A model generated the notes under the pieces. The model had not been told where the DNA came from. It did no database searches and saw only the letters and a program-made list of their open reading frames with translations. Both the position numbers and the translations under genes were made by a program. Source: Escherichia phage vB_EcoS-22664BS2. Taken from it: a stretch of 45,176 nt of DNA. The DNA is taken from sequence record NC_073324.1; one strand, given 5' to 3'. Positions 35,673 through 43,748 of this stretch are shown one piece after another. Numbering within the stretch: position 1 is the first letter of the stretch; every line of letters starts with the position of its first letter.

Positions 35673-36910
35673 TATAAATCCTCCTCTGTTACCCTATTCC
35701 ACTCAGGACGTTTGTCGTCTGCCGTTGCAACACATGGTGCGCCTGGCTTACGGGTAATGAAGTCTTTCAGTTCTTCTTCCGGTATGACTTTAACCGCTTC
35801 GGTTGGCGTCATGAGCACTTGCTTCATTAGCGCTATGCCATACTTGCCAGCCACTTTCTCTGCATCTTTCCACGCACGATTACCCGGGCGGCCTTCAACC
35901 AGCTTGTACCCCGGCACTTTCTTACCGGAATGCAACGCGGCAGCCATCGCTTTCTCAACCTTGTCGATGTGCTGGCGCAACAACGGCAACTTCTCATACT
36001 CAGCTACGAGTTGCTCCGGCGTAAGTTCCAGGGCAAAGTCGTCCTCCAGTTCTTCCGCCAGCACAGAGTTAACCGTCTTTGTACGCGCGGCGCACTGTTC
36101 AGAGAACCGGCACCACTGACAACCATCAACCGACGGCTTGAAGTCTGACGCTTTCAGGTTCTTCTTGCCACGGTGATAAGCATCAAGCGCTAACAGTGCG
36201 CGTTTCTGTGCGAACTTAGCGAACAGCTCCATACCTTCAACCGAGATGTCCCACTCCGACGCGCCGCCAGTGTACGGCTGGAAGATTACCAGACGAACAA
36301 CTGTTATGTTATAACGTCTCTTGAGTCGGCGATAAACACCGAGAGCGTAAAGCATAAGCTGCTTGTTTTCTTTCGCTTCGACGCGATGCCGCCCGGTTTT
36401 CAGGTCGCCGATAATGAGCATGTGCTCGTCGGTGTTTGCCAGTTCCTGGACAGCAACGAGGTCAGCGGTTCCGAACGTCTCAACGCCTTCATACCCCGGA
36501 TGCAATACCTCAGTAAGATTGACACGCATTTCCAGCTTGGCGTAAGTCGCTACGTCTATAATCGCTTTGCAGTAGTCGGTGTACTTGCGCACCTGCTCAA
36601 TCATGCCCGCCGTAATCAGTACCGCGCCTTTCATCGGGCTGATTAGCGCCTTAATCTGACCTTTGCCTTCATCCAGTACGTAAGCGCCGACTTCACGCTC
36701 CAACGGCAACGCAGTGCCTCGTATATAGGCGTTGAGATGGACCTCAGCTATGGTGTGCATGGCGGTTCCTAATACAGCGGCTTTACCCGACGTGTTAGGG
36801 GTATCTTTTTCACACGCCAGCGACGCAGCGCATGACAGCCACTTTTTAGCGCCTGACGGTGACAGTAAGGCGTGTACATCATTATTGCCGCCTCGTTCTT
36901 TTAGAATCAT
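35672..36910 (-). CDS. Cas4/RecB-family PD-(D/E)XK exonuclease with C-terminal Cys cluster
   Basis: GDLKTG...E.K core, QLMLYAL (QhxxY) motif, C-terminal CQWCRFSEQC. Confidence 0.6.
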   Translation of the reverse strand: MILKERGGNNDVHALLSPSGAKKWLSCAASLACEKDTPNTSGKAAVLGTAMHTIAEVHLNAYIRGTALPLEREVGAYVLDEGKGQIKALISPMKGAVLITAGMIEQVRKYTDYCKAIIDVATYAKLEMRVNLTEVLHPGYEGVETFGTADLVAVQELANTDEHMLIIGDLKTGRHRVEAKENKQLMLYALGVYRRLKRRYNITVVRLVIFQPYTGGASEWDISVEGMELFAKFAQKRALLALDAYHRGKKNLKASDFKPSVDGCQWCRFSEQCAARTKTVNSVLAEELEDDFALELTPEQLVAEYEKLPLLRQHIDKVEKAMAAALHSGKKVPGYKLVEGRPGNRAWKDAEKVAGKYGIALMKQVLMTPTEAVKVIPEEELKDFITRKPGAPCVATADDKRPEWNRVTEEDL

Positions 36911-37167
36911 TATTTAGCCTCCTCCGGTAGTTCTGGTAAATACATCCAGTGTGTTATACCCATCTCGATATACCGTTTCGTATATAACTGATTTCCGTTT
37001 TCATCCAGCCCAGCAGTAATGTCGTCGAAATAGTCCTGTATATGCACAAAATCAATTCCGCCTTCCGGGAACCCATTATCGTCACATTTACTTCCGTCTA
37101 CTGAGCAAACTAAAACAGAATCATCTTTTGACTCTGGTAGTGCTTCGTTTACGCTAACCCAATTCAT
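36910..37167 (-). CDS. hypothetical protein with C-terminal HWMYLPELP motif (DUF551-like)
   Basis: Shares C-terminal motif with 42965..43270. Confidence 0.45.
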   Translation of the reverse strand: MNWVSVNEALPESKDDSVLVCSVDGSKCDDNGFPEGGIDFVHIQDYFDDITAGLDENGNQLYTKRYIEMGITHWMYLPELPEEAK

Positions 37168-37436
37168 ACCCTGTTATCCCACTGGTCAATTAAATGTCGT
37201 GTCTTATGGTCGCAGTGCATGGCCCACCCATACATCGACTCGAAGACATAAAAGTCAGGCTTGGCGAAAGTTGTGCGCTTAATCTGTGACACGTGACGGC
37301 CTATATCTTTAGGCCGTGGTACTTTTCCTAAGTACGCCATCTCTTCCATCTGGTGCGCACCGGACGGAGCACGCAATAGCCATAGCGCCTCTGTGTTATC
37401 CCGCCTGTCGACGGCTCGGTAGAGTTGGTAAATCAT
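37164..37436 (-). CDS. hypothetical protein
   Basis: ORF track. Confidence 0.45.
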   Translation of the reverse strand: MIYQLYRAVDRRDNTEALWLLRAPSGAHQMEEMAYLGKVPRPKDIGRHVSQIKRTTFAKPDFYVFESMYGWAMHCDHKTRHLIDQWDNRV

Positions 37437-37449
37437 AATTCCGACCCTC

Positions 37450-37475
37450 AGTTAAAGCGGCCCGAAGGCCGCGAG
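37450..37475 (-). terminator. hairpin (weak terminator or RNA stability element)
   Basis: GCGGCC-CGAA-GGCCGC perfect stem; weak T-run. Confidence 0.35.
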
Positions 37476-37479
37476 ATAG

Positions 37480-37980
37480 TTATTCTTCTTCGAAATACTT
37501 GTTCTTGATTGCTGTCAGGCGTTCCAGGTACTCAACCAGGTCTTCGTCTTTAATCGCGGCAATCTTCATCTTCTTACCTGTGAACTCTTCCAGCAGTTCA
37601 TCAGAATCATCGCACGCGGCATCGCTAGGACCTTCATTAATTGCATCGTCGATGGCCTGAATCTGGTCACGCAGAGACTTGTAATCGACTTCTTCTTTCT
37701 CTTCTTCCGGTTCTGGCGCAGGTTCCTCTACTTTAGCTTTACGCGGCTTGCGTTTTGGCTTCTCTTCCTCCGCCGGTTTAGTGTCAACTACGTCTTCACC
37801 TTCAACCGGGATTTCTTTTGTTGCTTCTTCAGCGCACTCAGCTACCGCTTCTTTGGTGTACGATACCGTCTCTACTTCCAGCGGCGTGGCAACCTGAACA
37901 ACTTGTTTCGCACTGTTCGCGGCAATCAGTTCGTGCGCAACTACGAAACGTTCCAGTAATACTAAGAATTTCTCTAACAT
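37480..37980 (-). CDS. highly acidic low-complexity protein
   Basis: ORF track; long Glu/Asp/Pro-rich stretch. Confidence 0.5.
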   Translation of the reverse strand: MLEKFLVLLERFVVAHELIAANSAKQVVQVATPLEVETVSYTKEAVAECAEEATKEIPVEGEDVVDTKPAEEEKPKRKPRKAKVEEPAPEPEEEKEEVDYKSLRDQIQAIDDAINEGPSDAACDDSDELLEEFTGKKMKIAAIKDEDLVEYLERLTAIKNKYFEEE

Positions 37981-38004
37981 TATTTATTCTCCTGTTTATT
38001 TGGG

Positions 38005-38232
38005 TTACTCGCCGTCGCCTTCTGTAAGGCTATCGTCTATTAATTCAAATTTACCGTTTGGGTGTTGAATAGCTTCTTGCCCGCAATGGTCGCAGACAAC
38101 AAGTTTATCGAACCCATCAAACTCGTCCCCGACTACGCAAGAAAGTACAAATTTATGTTTTGTGCACACTTCCTGCGATTCTCCGAAAATTGCTAGAAAA
38201 CCTTTAGCTATGGCCCCCGTTATTGTGTTCAT
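38005..38232 (-). CDS. zinc-ribbon protein
   Basis: C-x10-C ... CDHC arrangement. Confidence 0.5.
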   Translation of the reverse strand: MNTITGAIAKGFLAIFGESQEVCTKHKFVLSCVVGDEFDGFDKLVVCDHCGQEAIQHPNGKFELIDDSLTEGDGE

Positions 38233-38260
38233 ATCCGCCCCTCTCGTTTGGTATGGGCTA

Positions 38261-38289
38261 ACTATAATAGCGAACTATTCACATGTCAA
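38261..38289 (-). promoter_or_regulatory. sigma70-like promoter (TTGACA-N17-TATAGT)
   Basis: Consensus elements; divergent from the XRE gene promoter. Confidence 0.5.
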
Positions 38290-38293
38290 TGGG

Positions 38294-38322
38294 CTTTTCT
38301 AAAATAATTAATATGGTACTAT
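38294..38322 (+). promoter_or_regulatory. extended -10 promoter (TGgTACTAT) for XRE regulator
   Basis: TGn plus TACTAT; weak -35. Confidence 0.45.
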
Positions 38323-38353
38323 TCACATATCAACTGACTAAGGAGTAATTGAC

Positions 38354-38569
38354 ATGCAACCATCTGAACTAGGTATCCGTGTAGAACAACGCCGTAAAGA
38401 ACTCGGCATCTCCCAGCGCCGTTTGGCGGCCCTGACCGGCGTTTCCCAGGGCGCGATTAACCAACTGGCACTTGGAGTAACTCAGGACGTCCGCCCGGCA
38501 ACGCTGTTCAAACTGGCGGAAGTTCTGGAAGTAGACGCCAAGTGGCTGGCGTTAGGTGAAGGGGCTTAA
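38354..38569 (+). CDS. XRE-family HTH transcriptional regulator (Cro/CI-like)
   Basis: ELGISQRRLAALTGVSQGAINQL helix-turn-helix signature. Confidence 0.65.
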   Translation: MQPSELGIRVEQRRKELGISQRRLAALTGVSQGAINQLALGVTQDVRPATLFKLAEVLEVDAKWLALGEGA

Positions 38570-38586
38570 AGCCCCTTTCTTTTTAT
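38559..38586. terminator. bidirectional terminator
   Basis: GGGGCT-TAA-AGCCCC hairpin plus TTTCTTTTT; between convergent genes. Confidence 0.55.
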
Positions 38587-38897
38587 AGCAACTTATCGAG
38601 TTCTTCCAAATTCTTAATAGTGTGTTGCACGTTCAGGTACTGAATCCAGGCGAGAAACCACGCACTTACAGGAAAACTTATAACAATAGTTATCGATATA
38701 ATTAATTTGAAAAGGCACTTTATAATCTCTGCCAGCGTCATGTCTAAAATGTCTTTAAACTCCGCAAAAATCCCCGCTGCATACACACAAAAAGTCCACC
38801 AGTGGCCGCTTACCGCGGAAACACATGTCAGGTATGACGGGCGGTATCCCGCCCTCACTGCTTTAAACGGGTTATCTATAAAATCGTAGATGTTCAT
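38583..38897 (-). CDS. small membrane protein
   Basis: ORF track; two hydrophobic segments. Confidence 0.45.
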   Translation of the reverse strand: MNIYDFIDNPFKAVRAGYRPSYLTCVSAVSGHWWTFCVYAAGIFAEFKDILDMTLAEIIKCLFKLIISITIVISFPVSAWFLAWIQYLNVQHTIKNLEELDKLL

Positions 38898-41155
38898 TCC
38901 AAATCCTCCTCTGTCACTATCAGCATCTCATTCGGTTCGTATATTGTCTTCGGAATCTTGTTATCGTTTATGCCCCACGGCAGTCGATATTGCTTAGGTA
39001 TAGGCCTGTTGTTGTTATCCAGCCCAGAGACGATAACTCCCGCCTCGTGCATCTCTTCCAGTTTCTTTCGAAGGTCGTTATTAGCGTTAATTGGTACGCC
39101 GTAACTATCCTCTTTCGCGGCTTTGACGATAGCGGACATAGAAAACCCGCGCTTGTCGTCGCCCTGCTCCTGCAATTTACCCAACGCGTAAATAACCGTA
39201 GCCTCTTTGGTGTCCAGTTTCTCGAACTGACCTACCTTTTCTTTAACGGCTTCCTTCTGTTCGTCGGTCATACCTTCTACTTTCTTCACGAAGACAGAGA
39301 AGGCGTTAAAGTTAACAAAGACATCGATGTGCGGATTTCCCGCGTCAAAATCTCGTACATCGTCACTACTATACCCTTCCGGAAGCCCCATGAAGTTGTG
39401 AGTTGGTTCTTTCTTTTCCGGTGGCTCCGCTATCTGAATCTTCTGTATTACGAATCCTCTGGCTTTCTGCCGTTCTCCGTTTCGGTTCTTTATGTGATAC
39501 AGGTTTATCTCTAAGTTATTGTCGTTGTCCGGCTTATGCAGGAACATCCCATTATCAATGGAGTTGTGAAAGTCGCTTCCACCCTTCGGCATCATGCCGT
39601 TTTCAGACGGCACAGTTTCGTCGATGTTTTTAGTCGGGTGCACCATAGCGCCGACCGCGGCGTTAAGCGTCGACGCTATTTCGTTAAGCGCCTGCGCCGC
39701 TTCTTTCATCGACCTGTTGTCGTTCTCGTCGAAGCCAGGTATGCAAGTTTGTAGGGTATCAAACGTAACCTTTACAATTTTCTCTTCACCGGCAACACGG
39801 CGCATCATTCTTACTGCCCGGCGGCGCCACACCTCATCGAGTAAGTTACACCCATCCGCAACACAATCGATAATGTGCAAGCGGTCAAGGTTGTCACCGA
39901 GGGCGATTTGCAAAGACTTTTTATGACGCTCGAACGACTGTGCACCTTCACCGGCGAAAATGAACGCATGTCCTTCCGCGACCTCCGCCCCACCGAACGC
40001 ATATCTTTTTTCGGAGGCAATAGCGGCGTCAATCGCCATGCTAAATGTTGACTTACCGGTGTGGGACTTTGCGCAAATGTAGAATGATTCGTTAGTCTGC
40101 ACAAGGCCGTCTACGACGGAGTAAGCAGGTTCTTTTTCAACTTCCGGCTCGTCTTCGAGGTCTTCCAGCGTGCAAGTTACAGGCTCCTCGTTCTCTGTGC
40201 GATGCAGTTCTTCAACCTCTTCGTCCGGTAAATCAGGCAAAGCCGCACGAATGCTGTTAATACTGATAGGTTGCTTGTCTACGTTAAGCTCGTCCGGAAG
40301 GCCGCACATACGCAGGGCTAGATGTTGCCGGCGGTTAAGCTCGGTACAAGCGCCATTGTTTGTGTGCTGGCAGACAAAGCGCACTTCTTTACCGTCAAGC
40401 ATGATGCTGGTGGAGCCTTTACCGGTGTGCAGGTGTTCGTTAGGGCAGGGCACTTCGTACCCGCGCCCGGAAGATAAAGCGTCAAGTCCAAGCTCCGCTT
40501 CGCAGAAATGCGCTATATCTGCGTTAAGCCCATGCTCATCAGCGGCAAGTGTCTTAGCTTCACGTTTACGCAACCCCATCTCTTCGGCTTTCTTGATGTA
40601 CCGCTCCGCACGGATAACACGCCCTTCTGTAACCGTTATCTTCGACTCTCTATGCGGCAGGTAGATAAGGCGGTTGCCGTCTTCTGTGCAGTGGTCACGC
40701 AATGCCTCGTCTATTTCTAACTCTGCACAAATAGCCCGTTGCACCATCCACGCATCGTTAGAGTTAAACGGCGTGCGAGCCGGAACCAGAACGCGGAAGG
40801 CGTAATCACCGTTTTTACACGCGTGCTGATGGGATGCCGTTGTGTGTAGAATATTGAAGAACGGCGCGTTCTTGAATTTGCGGGTAAGGTCGCGGTACTG
40901 AGTACGGTTGAGATGGTCGAAGTCAAACTTAACCACACTGTCTTCCAGAATCGCGTTTTTACGGCGACCCCCAACGGGGGCGATAGCCTTCTGCTTAATC
41001 TTGGCAGCGTCGTACTCTTCCTTAGTCCATGACGGGTCTACGGACAGACGCTTCGATGTATCGCAGACATATTCTACGAACTGCTCCAGCGGCATTTCAC
41101 GCGCTACAGGGTTTTTATCGAATGTGTTACGCAGCGTTGCAAAAACAATATTCAT
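38894..41155 (-). CDS. replicative primase/helicase-like protein (CHC2-like zinc finger plus P-loop ATPase)
   Basis: CPNEH...CQHTNNGAC zinc-finger-like segment; Walker A SHTGKST. Confidence 0.6.
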   Translation of the reverse strand: MNIVFATLRNTFDKNPVAREMPLEQFVEYVCDTSKRLSVDPSWTKEEYDAAKIKQKAIAPVGGRRKNAILEDSVVKFDFDHLNRTQYRDLTRKFKNAPFFNILHTTASHQHACKNGDYAFRVLVPARTPFNSNDAWMVQRAICAELEIDEALRDHCTEDGNRLIYLPHRESKITVTEGRVIRAERYIKKAEEMGLRKREAKTLAADEHGLNADIAHFCEAELGLDALSSGRGYEVPCPNEHLHTGKGSTSIMLDGKEVRFVCQHTNNGACTELNRRQHLALRMCGLPDELNVDKQPISINSIRAALPDLPDEEVEELHRTENEEPVTCTLEDLEDEPEVEKEPAYSVVDGLVQTNESFYICAKSHTGKSTFSMAIDAAIASEKRYAFGGAEVAEGHAFIFAGEGAQSFERHKKSLQIALGDNLDRLHIIDCVADGCNLLDEVWRRRAVRMMRRVAGEEKIVKVTFDTLQTCIPGFDENDNRSMKEAAQALNEIASTLNAAVGAMVHPTKNIDETVPSENGMMPKGGSDFHNSIDNGMFLHKPDNDNNLEINLYHIKNRNGERQKARGFVIQKIQIAEPPEKKEPTHNFMGLPEGYSSDDVRDFDAGNPHIDVFVNFNAFSVFVKKVEGMTDEQKEAVKEKVGQFEKLDTKEATVIYALGKLQEQGDDKRGFSMSAIVKAAKEDSYGVPINANNDLRKKLEEMHEAGVIVSGLDNNNRPIPKQYRLPWGINDNKIPKTIYEPNEMLIVTEEDLE

Positions 41156-41280
41156 TTCTTTTTCTCCGCACGTTCTAAAGCTTCCTGCATACGACGCATT
41201 GCGCGGTTCATCTTTACCGGTGCGAAGAAATCAGCGCCATGTTTCTGGCGGCGTAGCTGTGGAACTATTAACTTCGACAT
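41152..41280 (-). CDS. small basic protein (42 aa)
   Basis: Read by eye; stop overlaps primase ATG. Confidence 0.3.
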   Translation of the reverse strand: MSKLIVPQLRRQKHGADFFAPVKMNRAMRRMQEALERAEKKK

Positions 41281-41330
41281 TGTATAATCCTTGTGCTTAC
41301 TTTGATGATTTGTGCTTTAGCCCCGACGTT

Positions 41331-41564
41331 CTAGCGTTGGGGTTTCTTTTGCCTACGTGCCGCATTAATCCACTCTCCTTCGCTCTGGTAGAAACTGCAA
41401 TCAAGAATATCCTCTATAGAAAATTTAACTATTTTAGTGGGTCCACAAAAGTTATAAGGGAAAAGTTCTACATAACACCCATCGTCGGTTATATTCGACG
41501 CAATCTTGAAATAATATTTAATGCTGTCGTCTTCACGGAAGCTACAACCCATACGCCCAATCAT
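41331..41564 (-). CDS. hypothetical protein
   Basis: ORF track. Confidence 0.4.
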   Translation of the reverse strand: MIGRMGCSFREDDSIKYYFKIASNITDDGCYVELFPYNFCGPTKIVKFSIEDILDCSFYQSEGEWINAARRQKKPQR

Positions 41565-41749
41565 TTCACGTTCTCCTTAATCCACGCTTCAACTTTATTA
41601 CGGTCAAATGTTCCTGGTAAACGGCGCCCCATAACTTTAATACAGCAGTCAGGGAATTTACCACTGCGTAGCCAGTTATTAATTGTCTGACGTGTTACCC
41701 CGATACGTTCTGCTACTTCATTCTGGGTCATGTAATGTTGCATTTTCAT
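41561..41749 (-). CDS. small HTH DNA-binding protein (AlpA/excisionase-like)
   Basis: ATG at codon 19 of track ORF with AGGAGA RBS; MTQNEVAERIGVTRQTINNW HTH. Confidence 0.5.
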   Translation of the reverse strand: MKMQHYMTQNEVAERIGVTRQTINNWLRSGKFPDCCIKVMGRRLPGTFDRNKVEAWIKENVK

Positions 41750-41773
41750 ATCTCCTGTTTGTTTGGTGAAAAC

Positions 41774-41803
41774 GAGTATAGGATAGCGGGAATGTAAAAG
41801 CAA
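41774..41803 (-). promoter_or_regulatory. putative promoter (TTGCTT-N18-TATACT) for the HTH gene
   Basis: Divergent from the ncRNA-2 promoter. Confidence 0.4.
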
Positions 41804-41850
41804 CTAAAACACCACACAAAGTTACTAAGATACAAAAGATGCTACTGGTA

Positions 41851-41879
41851 TTGACTTTTACTAAAAAATATGGTAAGCT
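41851..41879 (+). promoter_or_regulatory. sigma70-like promoter with extended -10 (TTGACT-N17-TGgTAAGCT) driving ncRNA candidate 2
   Basis: Same architecture as 9362-9390. Confidence 0.5.
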
Positions 41880-41882
41880 CAG

Positions 41883-42095
41883 CCTGAGCTTGTGAAGTAT
41901 GAACAAGCGACCGCGGCGCGCGGCAGGCGAAACGAGCACGTGTAGCGTGTGGAGTGAGGCTCGCTAGCGCGTTTGGGAGGCCCAAAGTCTATTGTAAATC
42001 CCACCTAAATATCTAAGTTACTGATTTGCCGTAGGTCAGAACCGCAAGCTCACTCACTCACTCTTGGTGCCTTCGGCACCCCGTTCGTTTCGTTT
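41883..42095 (+). ncRNA. candidate structured non-coding RNA, copy 2
   Basis: 38-nt block identical to 9394-9431; ends in GGTGCC-TTCG-GGCACC hairpin with T-rich tail. Confidence 0.4.
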
Positions 42096-42147
42096 CGCTC
42101 GCCATCCCATTAAACAAAAGAATCACAACGGCAACGTAACTATTCTC

Positions 42148-42176
42148 TTGCACACCCCAACATAATAGGATACTAT
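42148..42176 (+). promoter_or_regulatory. sigma70-like promoter (TTGCAC-N17-TACTAT) for early operon
   Basis: Conserved promoter family; leader ATCGAAACGAGACAGAGGAG. Confidence 0.55.
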
Positions 42177-42210
42177 TCACTTATCGAAACGAGACAGAGG
42201 AGTGAGGGTT

Positions 42211-42399
42211 ATGTTTAAGAAGGGTCAGTTGGTTAAAGCCGTAGATTATTATTATGGTATTGTTGAAACAGAGTCTGTCGTTTTTCCCGGAACTTATAGG
42301 GTGCGTTTTCTCGTGAAAAGATTAGGTGCGGTAGATTGGTTCCGTGAAGACGAGCTAACACTCATCGGCAACAATTTTAAATTCAAAGGGGCGGAGTGA
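42211..42399 (+). CDS. hypothetical early protein
   Basis: ATG at codon 4 of track ORF with GAGGAG RBS. Confidence 0.5.
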   Translation: MFKKGQLVKAVDYYYGIVETESVVFPGTYRVRFLVKRLGAVDWFREDELTLIGNNFKFKGAE

Positions 42400-42605
42400 T
42401 GGAAGAATTATTTGAAGAGCTGAAACACTATAAGCTGCTGGAAGTGCATTTCGAGATAAACAGGTACGAGGTTGTTACTTTAGATGGAATAACAATTATC
42501 ACAGCCTCCGCCGGAAGAATGCTTCACAGTTTGCGTTCCATACGAACGGCATCGAATCATGATGCTCGTGCCGACGACTCTGAGGGAGGTTGCCGTGTTA
42601 AGTAA
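42396..42605 (+). CDS. hypothetical early protein
   Basis: ORF track; ATGA coupling. Confidence 0.5.
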   Translation: MMEELFEELKHYKLLEVHFEINRYEVVTLDGITIITASAGRMLHSLRSIRTASNHDARADDSEGGCRVK

Positions 42606-42804
42606 ATACCGCATAGTTAGTGAGGAGTGGGTTACCGCCTTCGGTGAGAAACGAATTACACCCGCCGTGCAGATGCGGGTCGGGTTTTTCTGGTGGGTTA
42701 CTCTGACCCGTTGTGAGAGCGTCAAGCAGGCGCGCTACTACATCGAACATGGTTGCACCAGGCGCGAGAAATCTAAAGTTATCGGAGTTATTAGTTATGA
42801 ATAG
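42595..42804 (+). CDS. hypothetical early protein (GTG start)
   Basis: GTG at codon 13 of track ORF preceded by GAGGGAGG. Confidence 0.4.
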   Translation: MLSKYRIVSEEWVTAFGEKRITPAVQMRVGFFWWVTLTRCESVKQARYYIEHGCTRREKSKVIGVISYE

Positions 42805-42961
42805 CCGCACGTTTATTTTGAGAGAAGCATTCGAACGGTGGGCCGTCGTCGAGGGTTTGCCGGTTAACAAGGGTTCGAAGAAAGAGTACCTGAACGTTAA
42901 GACGCGTCTTGCGTGGCGGGCGTGGAAAGCTGGTGTGTTGTCTGTTAAGAATCCGGGGTGA
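42797..42961 (+). CDS. hypothetical early protein (54 aa)
   Basis: ATG at codon 29 of track ORF. Confidence 0.3.
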   Translation: MNSRTFILREAFERWAVVEGLPVNKGSKKEYLNVKTRLAWRAWKAGVLSVKNPG

Positions 42962-42964
42962 TTT

Positions 42965-43270
42965 ATGGGTGAGTGGATTGAGTGTAGTGAGCAGATGCCG
43001 AAAACAAGCGGTCCGGTTCTGGCGTTTTATGTTAATCGATGTGGCAAGGGCAGAAGAGTCAGAGCTAAATATGTCCACTTTCGGCAAGTAGAGGCAGGTT
43101 GCGAAACTGAAGAAATATGCACTGATTATGATGAAGAAAAGGATATTTATTACTTGTCTGAAGGCTGGTATGAGCTCATCGATAACTGGGACGATTATAG
43201 CAGTATCGTGATTACGGAAGGCAATGTAACACACTGGATGCCATTACCAGAACCACCATCGCTGGTGTAA
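42965..43270 (+). CDS. DUF551-like protein (C-terminal HWMPLPEPP motif)
   Basis: ORF track; motif shared with 36910..37167. Confidence 0.5.
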   Translation: MGEWIECSEQMPKTSGPVLAFYVNRCGKGRRVRAKYVHFRQVEAGCETEEICTDYDEEKDIYYLSEGWYELIDNWDDYSSIVITEGNVTHWMPLPEPPSLV

Positions 43271-43305
43271 CAGGTCAATAGGTTACTATTTGTCTTTGTG
43301 ACTTA

Positions 43306-43335
43306 CGCTGCTGTGTAGCAGCGTATCATTTTTCT
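43306..43335 (+). terminator. intrinsic terminator
   Basis: CGCTGCT-GTGTA-AGCAGCG hairpin followed by T-rich run. Confidence 0.5.
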
Positions 43336-43418
43336 CATTTTTGTTCTATTTCACCAAACGCAACAATCGAAGCGACTATTGCAGGAGATGCAACAATACA
43401 AACACCAATAAAATTTAC

Positions 43419-43447
43419 TTGCACGCTGAGATGGAATAGGCTACTAT
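43419..43447 (+). promoter_or_regulatory. sigma70-like promoter (TTGCAC-N17-TACTAT)
   Basis: Conserved promoter family; leader ACGAGAGGAGAGACAGAG. Confidence 0.5.
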
Positions 43448-43477
43448 TCATTCACACAAACGAGAGGAGAGACAGAG

Positions 43478-43651
43478 ATGAATAAACAATATACATGCAT
43501 ACTACAGCAGAATACGGTACTTGGTAAACTAGCGGAAGAACTGCGTGAGGATATGATCGCCCATTATGAAGCCGAAGGTTACGAGTGTACGGTAGTTCAT
43601 GACGAGATTATCCTTACACGGAAACATGAGGTGGAAGGAGAAACAGAGTGA
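43478..43651 (+). CDS. hypothetical small protein (57 aa)
   Basis: Read by eye; GAGAGGAGAG RBS. Confidence 0.35.
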   Translation: MNKQYTCILQQNTVLGKLAEELREDMIAHYEAEGYECTVVHDEIILTRKHEVEGETE

Positions 43652-43748
43652 ACAGTAAAAACTGTGATTCGTAAGTATCGCCGTCGAGGTAACACCGGGC
43701 TTATAGCAATAACAGGCGCTGTTGAATAAGCGAGAGGAGAGACAGAAT

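Noticed and set aside
38354-38569. Lysogeny module implied by the XRE-family regulator
   Set aside because: No integrase, excisionase-integrase pair or attachment site was found; the regulator alone does not establish a temperate lifestyle.
7420-43450. Recurrent 30-40 nt elements (GAATAGTAC...CTATTAT) scattered through the genome as a possible CRISPR-like or mobile repeat family
   Set aside because: Spacing is irregular and each copy sits exactly upstream of a gene start with -35 and -10 geometry; these are promoters, not a CRISPR array or a transposable element.
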